In this document: positions 7,397 through 18,352 of the stretch, piece after piece | Position numbering within the stretch: the stretch's first letter is position 1 | Layout: the number at the start of each line of letters is the position of its first letter | Virus record (IMG/VR): IMGVR_UViG_2703718792_000016 | Coordinates: 1 to 21,466 of that record | Strand: one strand, 5' to 3' | Source of the DNA: a virus | Taxonomy: Duplodnaviria > Heunggongvirae > Uroviricota > Caudoviricetes | DNA: 21,466 nucleotides | Translations under genes and position numbers: made by a program | Notes under the pieces: model-generated | Seen by the model: only the letters and a program-made list of their open reading frames with translations | What the model was told of the DNA's origin: nothing | Databases searched by the model: none

Positions 7397-8452
7397 GTGC
7401 GGGTATTACTTCGACCTGTTCTGGTACCGGAACTCGGGCTGGTGATCGTTAAGCCGGGCCGTGAATCCATGCCGGTATTCCACAATACCCGGGTATTGGT
7501 GGAGCCGGAACCGAAAAGCATGCGTAATCTGCCGTCCGGGGTCGTTCCTGCCGTTCGCCAGCCGCTGGTGGAAGACAAAACATTGCTGCCGTTTTTCAGT
7601 AACGCACGGGTGATTCGTGCTGCTGGTGGTGCTGGTGCATTGTCTGACTGGCTGTTGCGCCATATTAAATCCTGCCAGTGGCCACACGGCGATTATCATC
7701 ACAGCGAAACCGTCATTCACCGTTATGGTACCGGCGCAATGGTGTTGTGCTGGCACTGCGACAACCAGCTGCGTGACCAGACATCCGAATCACTCGAGCA
7801 ACTTGCTCATCAAAACCTGTCAGCATGGATGATTGACGTCATCGGTCACGCAATAAGCGGTACGCAGGAGCGTGAATTATCTTTGGCTGAATTATCCTGG
7901 TGGGCGGTCCGCAATCAGGTGGCGGACGCGCTACCGGAAGCGGTATTACGTCGTTCGCTGGGGTTGCGTGCGGAAAAAATCCGCTCAATGTACCGTGAAA
8001 GCGACATCGTACCGGGAGAGCAGACCGCCACCATCATACTGAAGCAGCGCACAAAAAATCTTGCGCCGCTGCCTCACGCCCACCAGCAAAACCCGCCACA
8101 GGAAAAGACGGTGGTCAGCATTGCCGTTGATCCGGAGTCACCGGCTCAGTATCTCCAGCGCCAGAAACCACAACGGGAAGAGATGCCTGTATACACGCGC
8201 TGGGTAAAAACGCAGAAATGCATGACGTGCGGTAATCAGGCAGATGATCTGCATCACATCATTGGTCATGGACTGGGAGGGATGGGAACAAAGGCTGATG
8301 ATTTGTTTGTTATTCCGCTGTGCCGTAAATGTCATAACGAACTGCACGCCGGGGTAAAAGATTTTGAAGAAAAACACGGCAGCCAGCTGTTGTTGCTGAT
8401 TCGTTTTTTAATGCACGCGAGAAATTCGGGTGTCCTGAAGTGGAAAGCATAA
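7397..8452 (+). CDS. DUF968-family prophage protein (YdfU-like) with C-terminal HNH-like Cys/His motif
   Basis: 351 aa, GTG start with GGAGG upstream; C-terminal CMTCGN...DDLHHIIGHG...CRKCHNELH pattern; position matches ydfU in Qin-type prophages. Confidence 0.8.
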   Translation: MRVLLRPVLVPELGLVIVKPGRESMPVFHNTRVLVEPEPKSMRNLPSGVVPAVRQPLVEDKTLLPFFSNARVIRAAGGAGALSDWLLRHIKSCQWPHGDYHHSETVIHRYGTGAMVLCWHCDNQLRDQTSESLEQLAHQNLSAWMIDVIGHAISGTQERELSLAELSWWAVRNQVADALPEAVLRRSLGLRAEKIRSMYRESDIVPGEQTATIILKQRTKNLAPLPHAHQQNPPQEKTVVSIAVDPESPAQYLQRQKPQREEMPVYTRWVKTQKCMTCGNQADDLHHIIGHGLGGMGTKADDLFVIPLCRKCHNELHAGVKDFEEKHGSQLLLLIRFLMHARNSGVLKWKA

Positions 8453-8818
8453 ATGACTGAGCGCATAGAATTTGTTTTGCCTTACCCGCCGTCGGTGAAC
8501 ACCTACTGGCGCCGTCGTGGTGGCGTATATTTTGTATCAAAAGCCGGTGAGCGTTATCGCCGGGATGTGGCGCTTATTGTTCGCCAGCAGCGACTGAAAT
8601 TAAATCTGTCCGGTAGATTGGCAATCAGGATTATTGCAGAGCCACCGGATAAGCGCCGCCGCGACCTGGACAATATCCTGAAGGCACCACTGGATGCACT
8701 GACACATGCAGGACTGCTTATCGACGATGAGCAGTTTGATGAAATCAATATTGTGCGCGGTCAGCTCGTTCCTGGTGGGCGGCTGGGGATAAAAATCACA
8801 GAACTGGAGTGCGCATGA
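8453..8818 (+). CDS. rusA: RusA-family Holliday junction resolvase
   Basis: 121 aa with the RusA core ...PDKRRRDLDNILKAPLDALTHAGLLIDDEQ...; start directly follows the upstream stop. Confidence 0.9.
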   Translation: MTERIEFVLPYPPSVNTYWRRRGGVYFVSKAGERYRRDVALIVRQQRLKLNLSGRLAIRIIAEPPDKRRRDLDNILKAPLDALTHAGLLIDDEQFDEINIVRGQLVPGGRLGIKITELECA

Positions 8819-9504
8819 ATAACCAGTATTTACAGTTTGTGCGTGAGCAGCTCATTATCGCCACCGCTGATTTGAGTGGGGCAACAAAAGGTCAGCTTGA
8901 AGCCTGGCAGGAGAATGCCATGTTCGATACAGGGCGTTACAGGCGAAAAAAAATCCGGTACCGCGATGAAGTGACTGGAAAAATGATAACGCGGAATAAT
9001 CAACCAATCCCGGGAAAGCAATCGCTGGCGAAGGGGACGTCAATTCCTCTGGTCAGTCCGGTTGAGTTTTCGACATCATCGTGGCGGCGGGCTGTTCTGT
9101 CTCTTGAAGAACATCATAAAGCCTGGTTGTTGTGGTGTTACAGCGGGAGTATTTGTTGGGAATATCAGATCGCGATAACACAGTGGGCGTGGAATGAATT
9201 TAATACTCAATCCGGTACCAGAAAAATTGCAGGGAAAACGCAGGAACGCCTGAAAAAATTAATCTGGCTGACGGCGCAGGCAGTAAAAGCAGAACTTTTG
9301 GGTGGGGAAGGTTATGAATACCAGGATCTGGCATTACTGGCGGGAGTGACAACTAAAAACTGGTCCAAAACATTTACTCGTCACTGGGTTGCAATGAAAC
9401 ACATTTTTCACCGACTGGATAGTGAGGCTTTATTGTTTGTAATGAGAACACGTTCAAAACAAAAGGCGGCATTTTCAAAGCAAAGTGTTGCAAAAGTAGA
9501 TTGA
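8815..9504 (+). CDS. putative late-gene antiterminator (Q-like)
   Basis: 229 aa; ATG overlaps the rusA stop; located after the nin-like genes and before a promoter/terminator module, tRNAs and the lysis cassette. Assignment rests on position, not recognised motifs. Confidence 0.55.
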   Translation: MNNQYLQFVREQLIIATADLSGATKGQLEAWQENAMFDTGRYRRKKIRYRDEVTGKMITRNNQPIPGKQSLAKGTSIPLVSPVEFSTSSWRRAVLSLEEHHKAWLLWCYSGSICWEYQIAITQWAWNEFNTQSGTRKIAGKTQERLKKLIWLTAQAVKAELLGGEGYEYQDLALLAGVTTKNWSKTFTRHWVAMKHIFHRLDSEALLFVMRTRSKQKAAFSKQSVAKVD

Positions 9505-9516
9505 AAGGCATATATT
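9488..9516 (+). promoter_or_regulatory. candidate late promoter (pR'-like): -35 TTGCAA, 17-bp spacer, -10 TATATT
   Basis: Hexamers at 9488-9493 and 9511-9516, overlapping the 3' end of the Q-like gene, about 55 nt upstream of an intrinsic terminator. Confidence 0.35.
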
Positions 9517-9570
9517 TCATGCAAATCTGATATTTTGCCGATTTTGTACGTGATGGCAAAAGCAAACAAA

Positions 9571-9594
9571 ACCCGCCCACAAGCGGGTTTTTTG
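9571..9594 (+). terminator. intrinsic terminator (tR'-like) downstream of the Q-like gene
   Basis: ACCCGC / GCGGGT stem with CCACAA loop followed by a run of six T. Confidence 0.6.
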
Positions 9595-9675
9595 TGCCAC
9601 TTATCTCGGATAGACATGGTGAATGCGCTGGTGGAGGAAGTAAGGGTAATTTTTAATCAGGTGATTCTTGAATGC

Positions 9676-9704
9676 TTGCAACATTGATTTCGTAACGTTA
9701 TTAT
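9676..9704 (+). promoter_or_regulatory. candidate sigma70 promoter for the tRNA array: -35 TTGCAA, 17-bp spacer, -10 TATTAT
   Basis: Hexamers at 9676-9681 and 9699-9704, ending about 10 nt before the first tRNA. Confidence 0.4.
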
Positions 9705-9713
9705 CCTGCGCCC

Positions 9714-9789
9714 GGCCCTTTAGCTCAGTGGTGAGAGCGAGCGACTCATAATCGCCAGGTCGCTGGTTCAAATCCAGCAAGGGCCACCA
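9714..9789 (+). tRNA. tRNA with CAT anticodon, most similar to tRNA-Ile2 (lysidine, ileX/ileZ-like); Met not excluded
   Basis: 76 nt; cloverleaf with 7-bp acceptor stem GGCCCTT/AAGGGCC, anticodon loop CTCATAA, T-loop TTCAAAT, CCA encoded; close to my recollection of E. coli ileX. Confidence 0.85.
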
Positions 9790-9790
9790 A

Positions 9791-9867
9791 CCGCCACTAG
9801 CTCATCAGGAAAGAGCGTCAACCCTTTAAGTTGAGTGTGCGAGGTTCGAGTCCCCGGTGGCGGTCCA
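9791..9867 (+). tRNA. tRNA-like gene with non-canonical anticodon loop CCTTTAA (formal anticodon TTT, Lys); isotype uncertain
   Basis: 77 nt; acceptor stem CCGCCAC/GTGGCGG, T-loop TTCGAGT, CCA encoded, but C at position 33 and an A-C mismatch in the T-stem. Confidence 0.55.
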
Positions 9868-9869
9868 GT

Positions 9870-9945
<76 letters not shown>

Positions 9946-9948
9946 TAT

Positions 9949-10023
<75 letters not shown>

Positions 10024-10186
10024 GTATTTATCTGCATATTTCCTTTTGAATCCCGTTTTGTTAGAGGTATTGGGCTGTTGACGGGGCTGATATCCACTCT
10101 CCACCTTTCAGGGAGATAGGATTTAAGGAGCCAACCGGTTAGAGTCTGCTTTGTTCCTAACCAGTTGGTTATGTTATTTGAGATGG

Positions 10187-10750
10187 TTAGTTTTTATTCG
10201 CCGTCCATTTACCACAAATTGGTCTGGAGAAGATTGCCAGAATGGCAATAAAGGATATTTCAATTGAAACAGACCAGCATATATGTCCAATCAGTTCGCT
10301 CCAGAATTCATAGCCGTTTAGATTCCATAGCCATCCTCTTTCATGGCCGGGAAGATACGCGGGAAATCTGAAGCCCAGCGCGGGTATTAAAATACCATGC
10401 ATGACTAATGTAATAAGAATTCCATATACAGCCCCATACCACATGCGGACTCGTGGAATAAAAACAGACAGGTATATGTATACAAAGGCAAAAATGAAAC
10501 TAAAAAGCCAATGGTAGAGCATAACAGCTCCGGGAATTGTTACTCCTTGGTAAATGTAATCCAGCGAGTGTGAATTTATTCCCAGAAAACCCAACCAGGC
10601 GTCGATATTCATTGCTGGTGGAGAAATTTCTCCGGCCATTCTTGGGGGCATGTTAGCTTCAGTTCCTGATTTCACCAGAGAGCTGATCGCGCCACCGACC
10701 AGTGTTGCCCAAAGTATGATTTTTAGATTTACGCTATTCCATTTACACAT
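10187..10750 (-). CDS. DUF1440-family inner membrane protein (YagU-like), moron between tRNAs and lysis genes
   Basis: 187 aa from the ATG at 10750 (GAGG upstream); several hydrophobic helices; C-terminal ...SELIGHICWSVSIEI... resembles the YagU signature. The 93-codon upstream extension in the track ORF is low-complexity and probably untranslated. Confidence 0.7.
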   Translation of the reverse strand: MCKWNSVNLKIILWATLVGGAISSLVKSGTEANMPPRMAGEISPPAMNIDAWLGFLGINSHSLDYIYQGVTIPGAVMLYHWLFSFIFAFVYIYLSVFIPRVRMWYGAVYGILITLVMHGILIPALGFRFPAYLPGHERGWLWNLNGYEFWSELIGHICWSVSIEISFIAILAIFSRPICGKWTANKN

Positions 10751-11043
10751 AAACAACCTCTTGTTTGTTGGGTTGGGGTTATCATACATGACTGCTTGTT
10801 GCGATTTTGCATCGTAATGTTTCTGTTTGTTGTCTTTTGTGTTGTTTGTCTCTTTAGTGTTCTGTGTGTGACTATGTACACTCTGTATAGTGGGGGCTCC
10901 CGTTGGTGCAGAGAATAACGAAATCTGAAAATAACCGTTTTCAGTTGTGGCGCCCGCAACAAAAGCGCATGCTGACTGTGCGAAGATAATCCCGCTGTGA
11001 CGAGTAATCTCGAACGTCATTGTTTTCATTTATGCCAGTTACC

Positions 11044-11070
11044 CAAAGCTGGCTTTTTTTGAGGTCTGCT
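11044..11070 (+). terminator. intrinsic terminator-like hairpin with T7 run (plus orientation)
   Basis: GCCAG / CTGGC stem followed by TTTTTTT. Confidence 0.5.
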
Positions 11071-11073
11071 CCG

Positions 11074-11097
11074 GCAGGCTTTTTTTATTCCGGCATA
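11074..11097 (+). terminator. intrinsic terminator-like hairpin with T-run (plus orientation)
   Basis: GTCTGC / GCAGGC stem with TCCG tetraloop followed by seven T. Confidence 0.5.
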
Positions 11098-11301
11098 TAT
11101 AACTATGGAGTATTGCGACAACCTGATAAAAGTCTGCATATCGCGATCCAACGGTAGAAGCGATAAACGAGCTGAGCGATATGTTTCCAGAGGAGAAGAG
11201 GTTGAGCGATACGAAGAAACAGCTAAGTATATTAAGAGAATGTTAATGTGCTTCATTGCTGATCAGAAGCTATCGGGATAATCATCAGTTTTTTGTATTG
11301 A

Positions 11302-11324
11302 GGCTCGCTACGGCGGGCCTTTTT
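11302..11324 (+). terminator. intrinsic terminator-like hairpin with T-run (plus orientation)
   Basis: GGCTCGC / GCGGGCC stem (one G-U pair), TACG loop, then TTTTT. Confidence 0.5.
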
Positions 11325-11465
11325 CACATCCGCGTCACGCCCGGCGCACATCACATCAGATAACGCTATACAAAAGGCATCTTCGGGTGCCTTTGATGGG
11401 GGGGCGGGCCGCTGGTGGCTTTTTTTGTTTCCATTACACAGCACCCGCATCTGCGAGGTGGGGTT

Positions 11466-11681
11466 ATGAAATCCATGGATAAGTTAACAACGGGTGTCGC
11501 CTATGGCACCTCAGCAGGTAGTGCCGGGTACTGGTTTTTACAGTTGCTCGATAAAGTCACGCCCTCACAGTGGGCGGCAATAGGTGTGCTGGGTAGTCTG
11601 GTATTTGGCTTGCTGACGTATCTGACAAACCTTTATTTCAAGATTAAAGAAGATAAGCGTAAGGCTGCGAGAGGTGAATAA
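11466..11681 (+). CDS. S: class II holin (phage 21 S21-type pinholin) with dual-start motif MKSM
   Basis: 71 aa [71 protein letters not shown], close to my recollection of S21; GAGGTGG Shine-Dalgarno; two Met codons three codons apart. Confidence 0.85.
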
Positions 11682-12178
11682 TGTCGCCATCATTACGCAA
11701 GGCTATTGCTGCTGCTATTGGTGGTGGGGCTGTTGCCATAGCGTCTGTGCTCATCACTGGTCCGAGTGGTGACGATGGCCTGGAAGGTGTCAGCTACATA
11801 CCATACAAAGATATCGTTGGCGTATGGACTGTATGTCACGGACACACCGGAAAAGACATCATGCTCGGTAAAACGTATACCGAAGCAGAATGCAAAGCCC
11901 TCCTGAATAAAGACCTTGCCACGGTCGCCAGACAAATTAACCCGTACATAAAAGTCGATATACCGGAAACAACGCGCGGCGCTCTTTACTCGTTCGTTTA
12001 CAACGTGGGCGCTGGCAATTTCAGAACATCGACGCTTCTTCGCAAAATAAACCAGGGCGATATCAAAGGCGCATGTGATCAGCTACGGCGCTGGACATAC
12101 GCTGGCGGTAAGCAATGGAAAGGGCTGATGACTCGCCGTGAGATTGAGCGTGAAGTCTGTTTGTGGGGGCAGAAATGA
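11681..12178 (+). CDS. R: SAR endolysin (R21-type lysozyme with N-terminal signal-arrest-release domain)
   Basis: 165 aa; Gly/Ala-rich weakly hydrophobic N-terminus ([20 protein letters not shown]) followed by a LEG...YxD...T lysozyme catalytic region; start overlaps the holin stop. Confidence 0.85.
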   Translation: MSPSLRKAIAAAIGGGAVAIASVLITGPSGDDGLEGVSYIPYKDIVGVWTVCHGHTGKDIMLGKTYTEAECKALLNKDLATVARQINPYIKVDIPETTRGALYSFVYNVGAGNFRTSTLLRKINQGDIKGACDQLRRWTYAGGKQWKGLMTRREIEREVCLWGQK

Positions 12179-12642
12179 GCAGAGTAACCGCGATTATCTC
12201 CGCTCTGGTTATCTGCATCATCGTCTGCCTGTCATGGACTGTTAATCATTACCGTGATAACGCCATCGCCTACAAAGAACAGCGTGATAAAAAAGTCAGT
12301 GAGCTGGAGCAGGCGATCGCCACCATCGCTGACATGCAGCAGCGTCAGCGTGATGTTGCTGTGCTCGATGCAAAGTACTCGAGAGAATTAGCCAATGCGA
12401 AAGCTGAAAATGAAACTCTGCGCGCTGATGTTGCCGCTGGTCGTAAGCGCCTGCGGGTCAATGCCAGTTGCTCCGCAGCCGTGCGTGAAGCCACCGGACC
12501 CACCCGCGTGGATAATGCAACCAGCCCCCGACTGGCAGACACCGCTGAACGGGATTATTTCACCCTCAGAGAACGGCTGATGACAATGCAAAAGCAACTG
12601 GAAGGGGCACAGGAATATATCCGTACCCAGTGTATACCGTGA
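12175..12642 (+). CDS. Rz: Rz-like i-spanin (inner membrane spanin subunit)
   Basis: 155 aa from the ATG at 12175 overlapping the endolysin stop; N-terminal transmembrane helix then coiled-coil-like sequence; contains the embedded Rz1 frame. Confidence 0.8.
   Translation: MSRVTAIISALVICIIVCLSWTVNHYRDNAIAYKEQRDKKVSELEQAIATIADMQQRQRDVAVLDAKYSRELANAKAENETLRADVAAGRKRLRVNASCSAAVREATGPTRVDNATSPRLADTAERDYFTLRERLMTMQKQLEGAQEYIRTQCIP
12395..12580 (+). CDS. Rz1: Rz1-like o-spanin lipoprotein embedded in the +1 frame of Rz
   Basis: 61 aa with signal peptide and lipobox (LVVSAC) followed by a Pro-rich mature region, entirely inside Rz. Confidence 0.65.
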   Translation: MRKLKMKLCALMLPLVVSACGSMPVAPQPCVKPPDPPAWIMQPAPDWQTPLNGIISPSENG

Positions 12643-13107
12643 TGTTTTGTTATAAAGGTGTTGATGGTTGTGTTAGGGGGGATTTAACAAAAAGCCAGTT
12701 CTGGACTTTATAGTGTGCTCAGATCATGGCCAAAAACGATTTCTGTGATAAATATTTTGAATATTATTTACAGGTAAATGACGTGGGTCGCATGAATGAA
12801 AATATTACAATAGAGTATTAAGTATATGCTCATATTGTATGGGCTGAGAAGGCAAAACACGGTAATTCCTTATGTTGCTGTGATACCTGATTGGCAGAAT
12901 AGTTATTTGGTCTTGAGTATATAGTCAGCGTTTTTTGTTCAGTAATAGATCTTTCAGTTAAAAACAATAAATAGCGTGATTATTTCTGTTTGTTATTTGT
13001 ATTTTTGTTTGTTGTTTTATTGTCTTTCTGTGGAGGGGGGAGTATTGTTCCCTTATTAAGGGCAGGTAAATTTAGAATGGTAATCTGTAGATAATTGGAG
13101 GTCACTT

Positions 13108-13422
13108 ATGCTACATGATCACCAGGCTGAATGTCTGGAGAAAAAAGGACTGTACCGGAGAGCGGCTGCACGATGGGCAAAAGTGATGGTACAGCTAAGT
13201 GATGATCAGAAAAGAAAAATCGCGGCACAGAAACGAGCAGAGTGTTTGCGTAAGGCGCGCCGGACTTCGGTTGCACCGGTGAATCTGACAGAAATAAAGC
13301 AAGCGGTCAACAGACTACATTCTGAGTTGGGAATGGGATTTGAAGAGCGGCGGATATTCCGACGATATAAAGGGACAGGAGAACAGAATACGTCCGGAAA
13401 CGCGCGCTCAAAAAAATGCTAA
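13108..13422 (+). CDS. PerC-family transcriptional regulator (Pch-like), moron between lysis genes and cos
   Basis: 104 aa; N-terminal ...LEKKGLYRRAAARWAKVM... matches the PerC/Pch signature as I recall it; preceded by about 460 bp of A/T-rich non-coding DNA and followed by a terminator. Confidence 0.6.
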   Translation: MLHDHQAECLEKKGLYRRAAARWAKVMVQLSDDQKRKIAAQKRAECLRKARRTSVAPVNLTEIKQAVNRLHSELGMGFEERRIFRRYKGTGEQNTSGNARSKKC

Positions 13423-13463
13423 AAAATATTTGAGAAAGTTATTGCCTGTTACCATAAGAAAAA

Positions 13464-13485
13464 GCGACTTTAGTAGTCGCTTTTT
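13464..13485 (+). terminator. intrinsic terminator after the PerC-like gene (A-run before and T-run after, possibly bidirectional)
   Basis: GCGACT / AGTCGC stem with TTAGT loop, then TTTTT; preceded by AAAAA. Confidence 0.6.
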
Positions 13486-13590
13486 GTGTCATATATAAGT
13501 CGTTTAAGTAAACCTGTCCGAACAGGTGCTCTGGTCGTGTTTGTTTTTGTTGGGTACAAATTGAGAATGTTTTTCATTAATTAGTCTTCT

Positions 13591-13728
13591 TCAGCAGACT
13601 TCAATAATCCACGCTGAAAAAATTCCTGAACCTTTCTGACCAAAAGCGATGTTAATTTGTTCAATAATCTGGTTTGGAAATCGGATGTTGAGGGCTGTTG
13701 TTCTGCGGGTTCTGTTCTTTGATGACAT
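13591..13728 (-). CDS. small ORF (45 aa, MSSKNRTRRTTALNIRFPNQIIEQINIAFGQKGSGIFSAWIIEVC), possible ribbon-helix-helix-like protein
   Basis: Not in the ORF track; found by manual translation; basic N-terminus and an ALNIRFP strand-like segment; weak Shine-Dalgarno. Confidence 0.3.
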   Translation of the reverse strand: MSSKNRTRRTTALNIRFPNQIIEQINIAFGQKGSGIFSAWIIEVC

Positions 13729-13930
13729 AATGTTGCCCCATATTCAGTGTTGCTGGTTTGTATTTTCTGAAATTGCTTTTACGTTAATTTAATGTGGATC
13801 AATTGATGCAATGCCTGCGTCATAATTGATCATTTCTTGTGGTTAGATTGCGCACACACACGTTCAGATGAGTCATCATGAAGATGATAACTATTCTCAT
13901 TTTTGTGGGTCCTTTCCGGCGATCTGACAG

Positions 13931-14105
13931 GCTACGGGGCGGAAGGCGCGCGGGTTTTCGCTATTTATGAAAATTTTCCGGTTTAAGGCGTTTCCGTTCT
14001 TCTTCGCCGTAACTTCATGTTTTTATTTAAAACACCCCCTGAAAAGAAAGGAAACGACAGATGCTGAAAACGGGCTTTTTGGCCTTTGTCGTTTCCTTTC
14101 TCTGT
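13931..14105. other. cos site: cosN (about 13937-13948) and cosB with R3/R2/R1-like repeats upstream of Nu1
   Basis: Sequence from about 13949 onward (CGCGGGTTTTCGCTATTTATGAAAATTTTCCGGTTTAAGGCGTTTCCGTTC...) matches the lambda left end as I recall it; GGAAACGACAG / CTGTCGTTTCC inverted elements at 14047-14060 and 14086-14100. Confidence 0.7.
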
Positions 14106-14125
14106 TTTTGTCCGTGGAATGAACA

Positions 14126-14645
14126 ATGGAAGTCAACAAAAAGCAGCTGGCTGACATTTTCGGTGCGAGTATCCGTACCATTCAGAACTGGCAGGAGCAG
14201 GGAATGCCCGTTCTGCGAGGCGGTGGGAAGGGTAATGAGGTGCTTTATGACTCTGCCGCCGTCATAAAATGGTATGCCGAAAGGGATGCTGAAATTGAGA
14301 ACGAAAAGCTGCGCCGGGAAGTTGAAGAACTGCGGCAGGCCAGCGAGGCAGATCTCCAGCCAGGGACTATTGAGTACGAACGCCATCGACTTACGCGTGC
14401 GCAGGCCGACGCACAGGAGCTGAAGAATGCCAGAGACTCCGCTGAAGTGGTGGAAACCGCATTCTGTACTTTCGTGCTGTCGCGGATCGCAGGTGAAATT
14501 GCCAGTATTCTCGACGGGATCCCCCTGTCGGTGCAGCGGCGTTTTCCGGAACTGGAAAACCGACATGTTGATTTCCTGAAACGGGATATCATCAAAGCCA
14601 TGAACAAAGCAGCCGCGCTGGATGAACTGATACCGGGGTTGCTGA

Positions 14646-14671
<26 letters not shown>
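14126..14671 (+). CDS. nu1: terminase small subunit Nu1
   Basis: 181 aa MEVNKKQLADIFGASIRTIQNWQEQGMPVLRGGGKGNEVLYDSAAVIKWY..., matching lambda gpNu1 from memory; 26-nt overlap with the next gene as in lambda. Confidence 0.95.
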
Positions 14672-18249
<3,578 letters not shown>

Positions 18250-18352
18250 GTCCGTGAAACGATGGAGCGCCGCGCGGCTGGTCTTAAACCGCCCGCCTGG
18301 GCGGCTGCGGCATTTGAATCCGGGCTGCGACAATCAACAGAGGAGGAGAAGA

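Noticed and set aside
10751-11029. N-terminal 93-codon extension of the 280-aa minus-strand track ORF
   Set aside because: Low-complexity (N/T/K/Q-rich) translation of an A/T-rich leader; a good RBS and ATG at 10750 give a 187-aa DUF1440-like protein instead.
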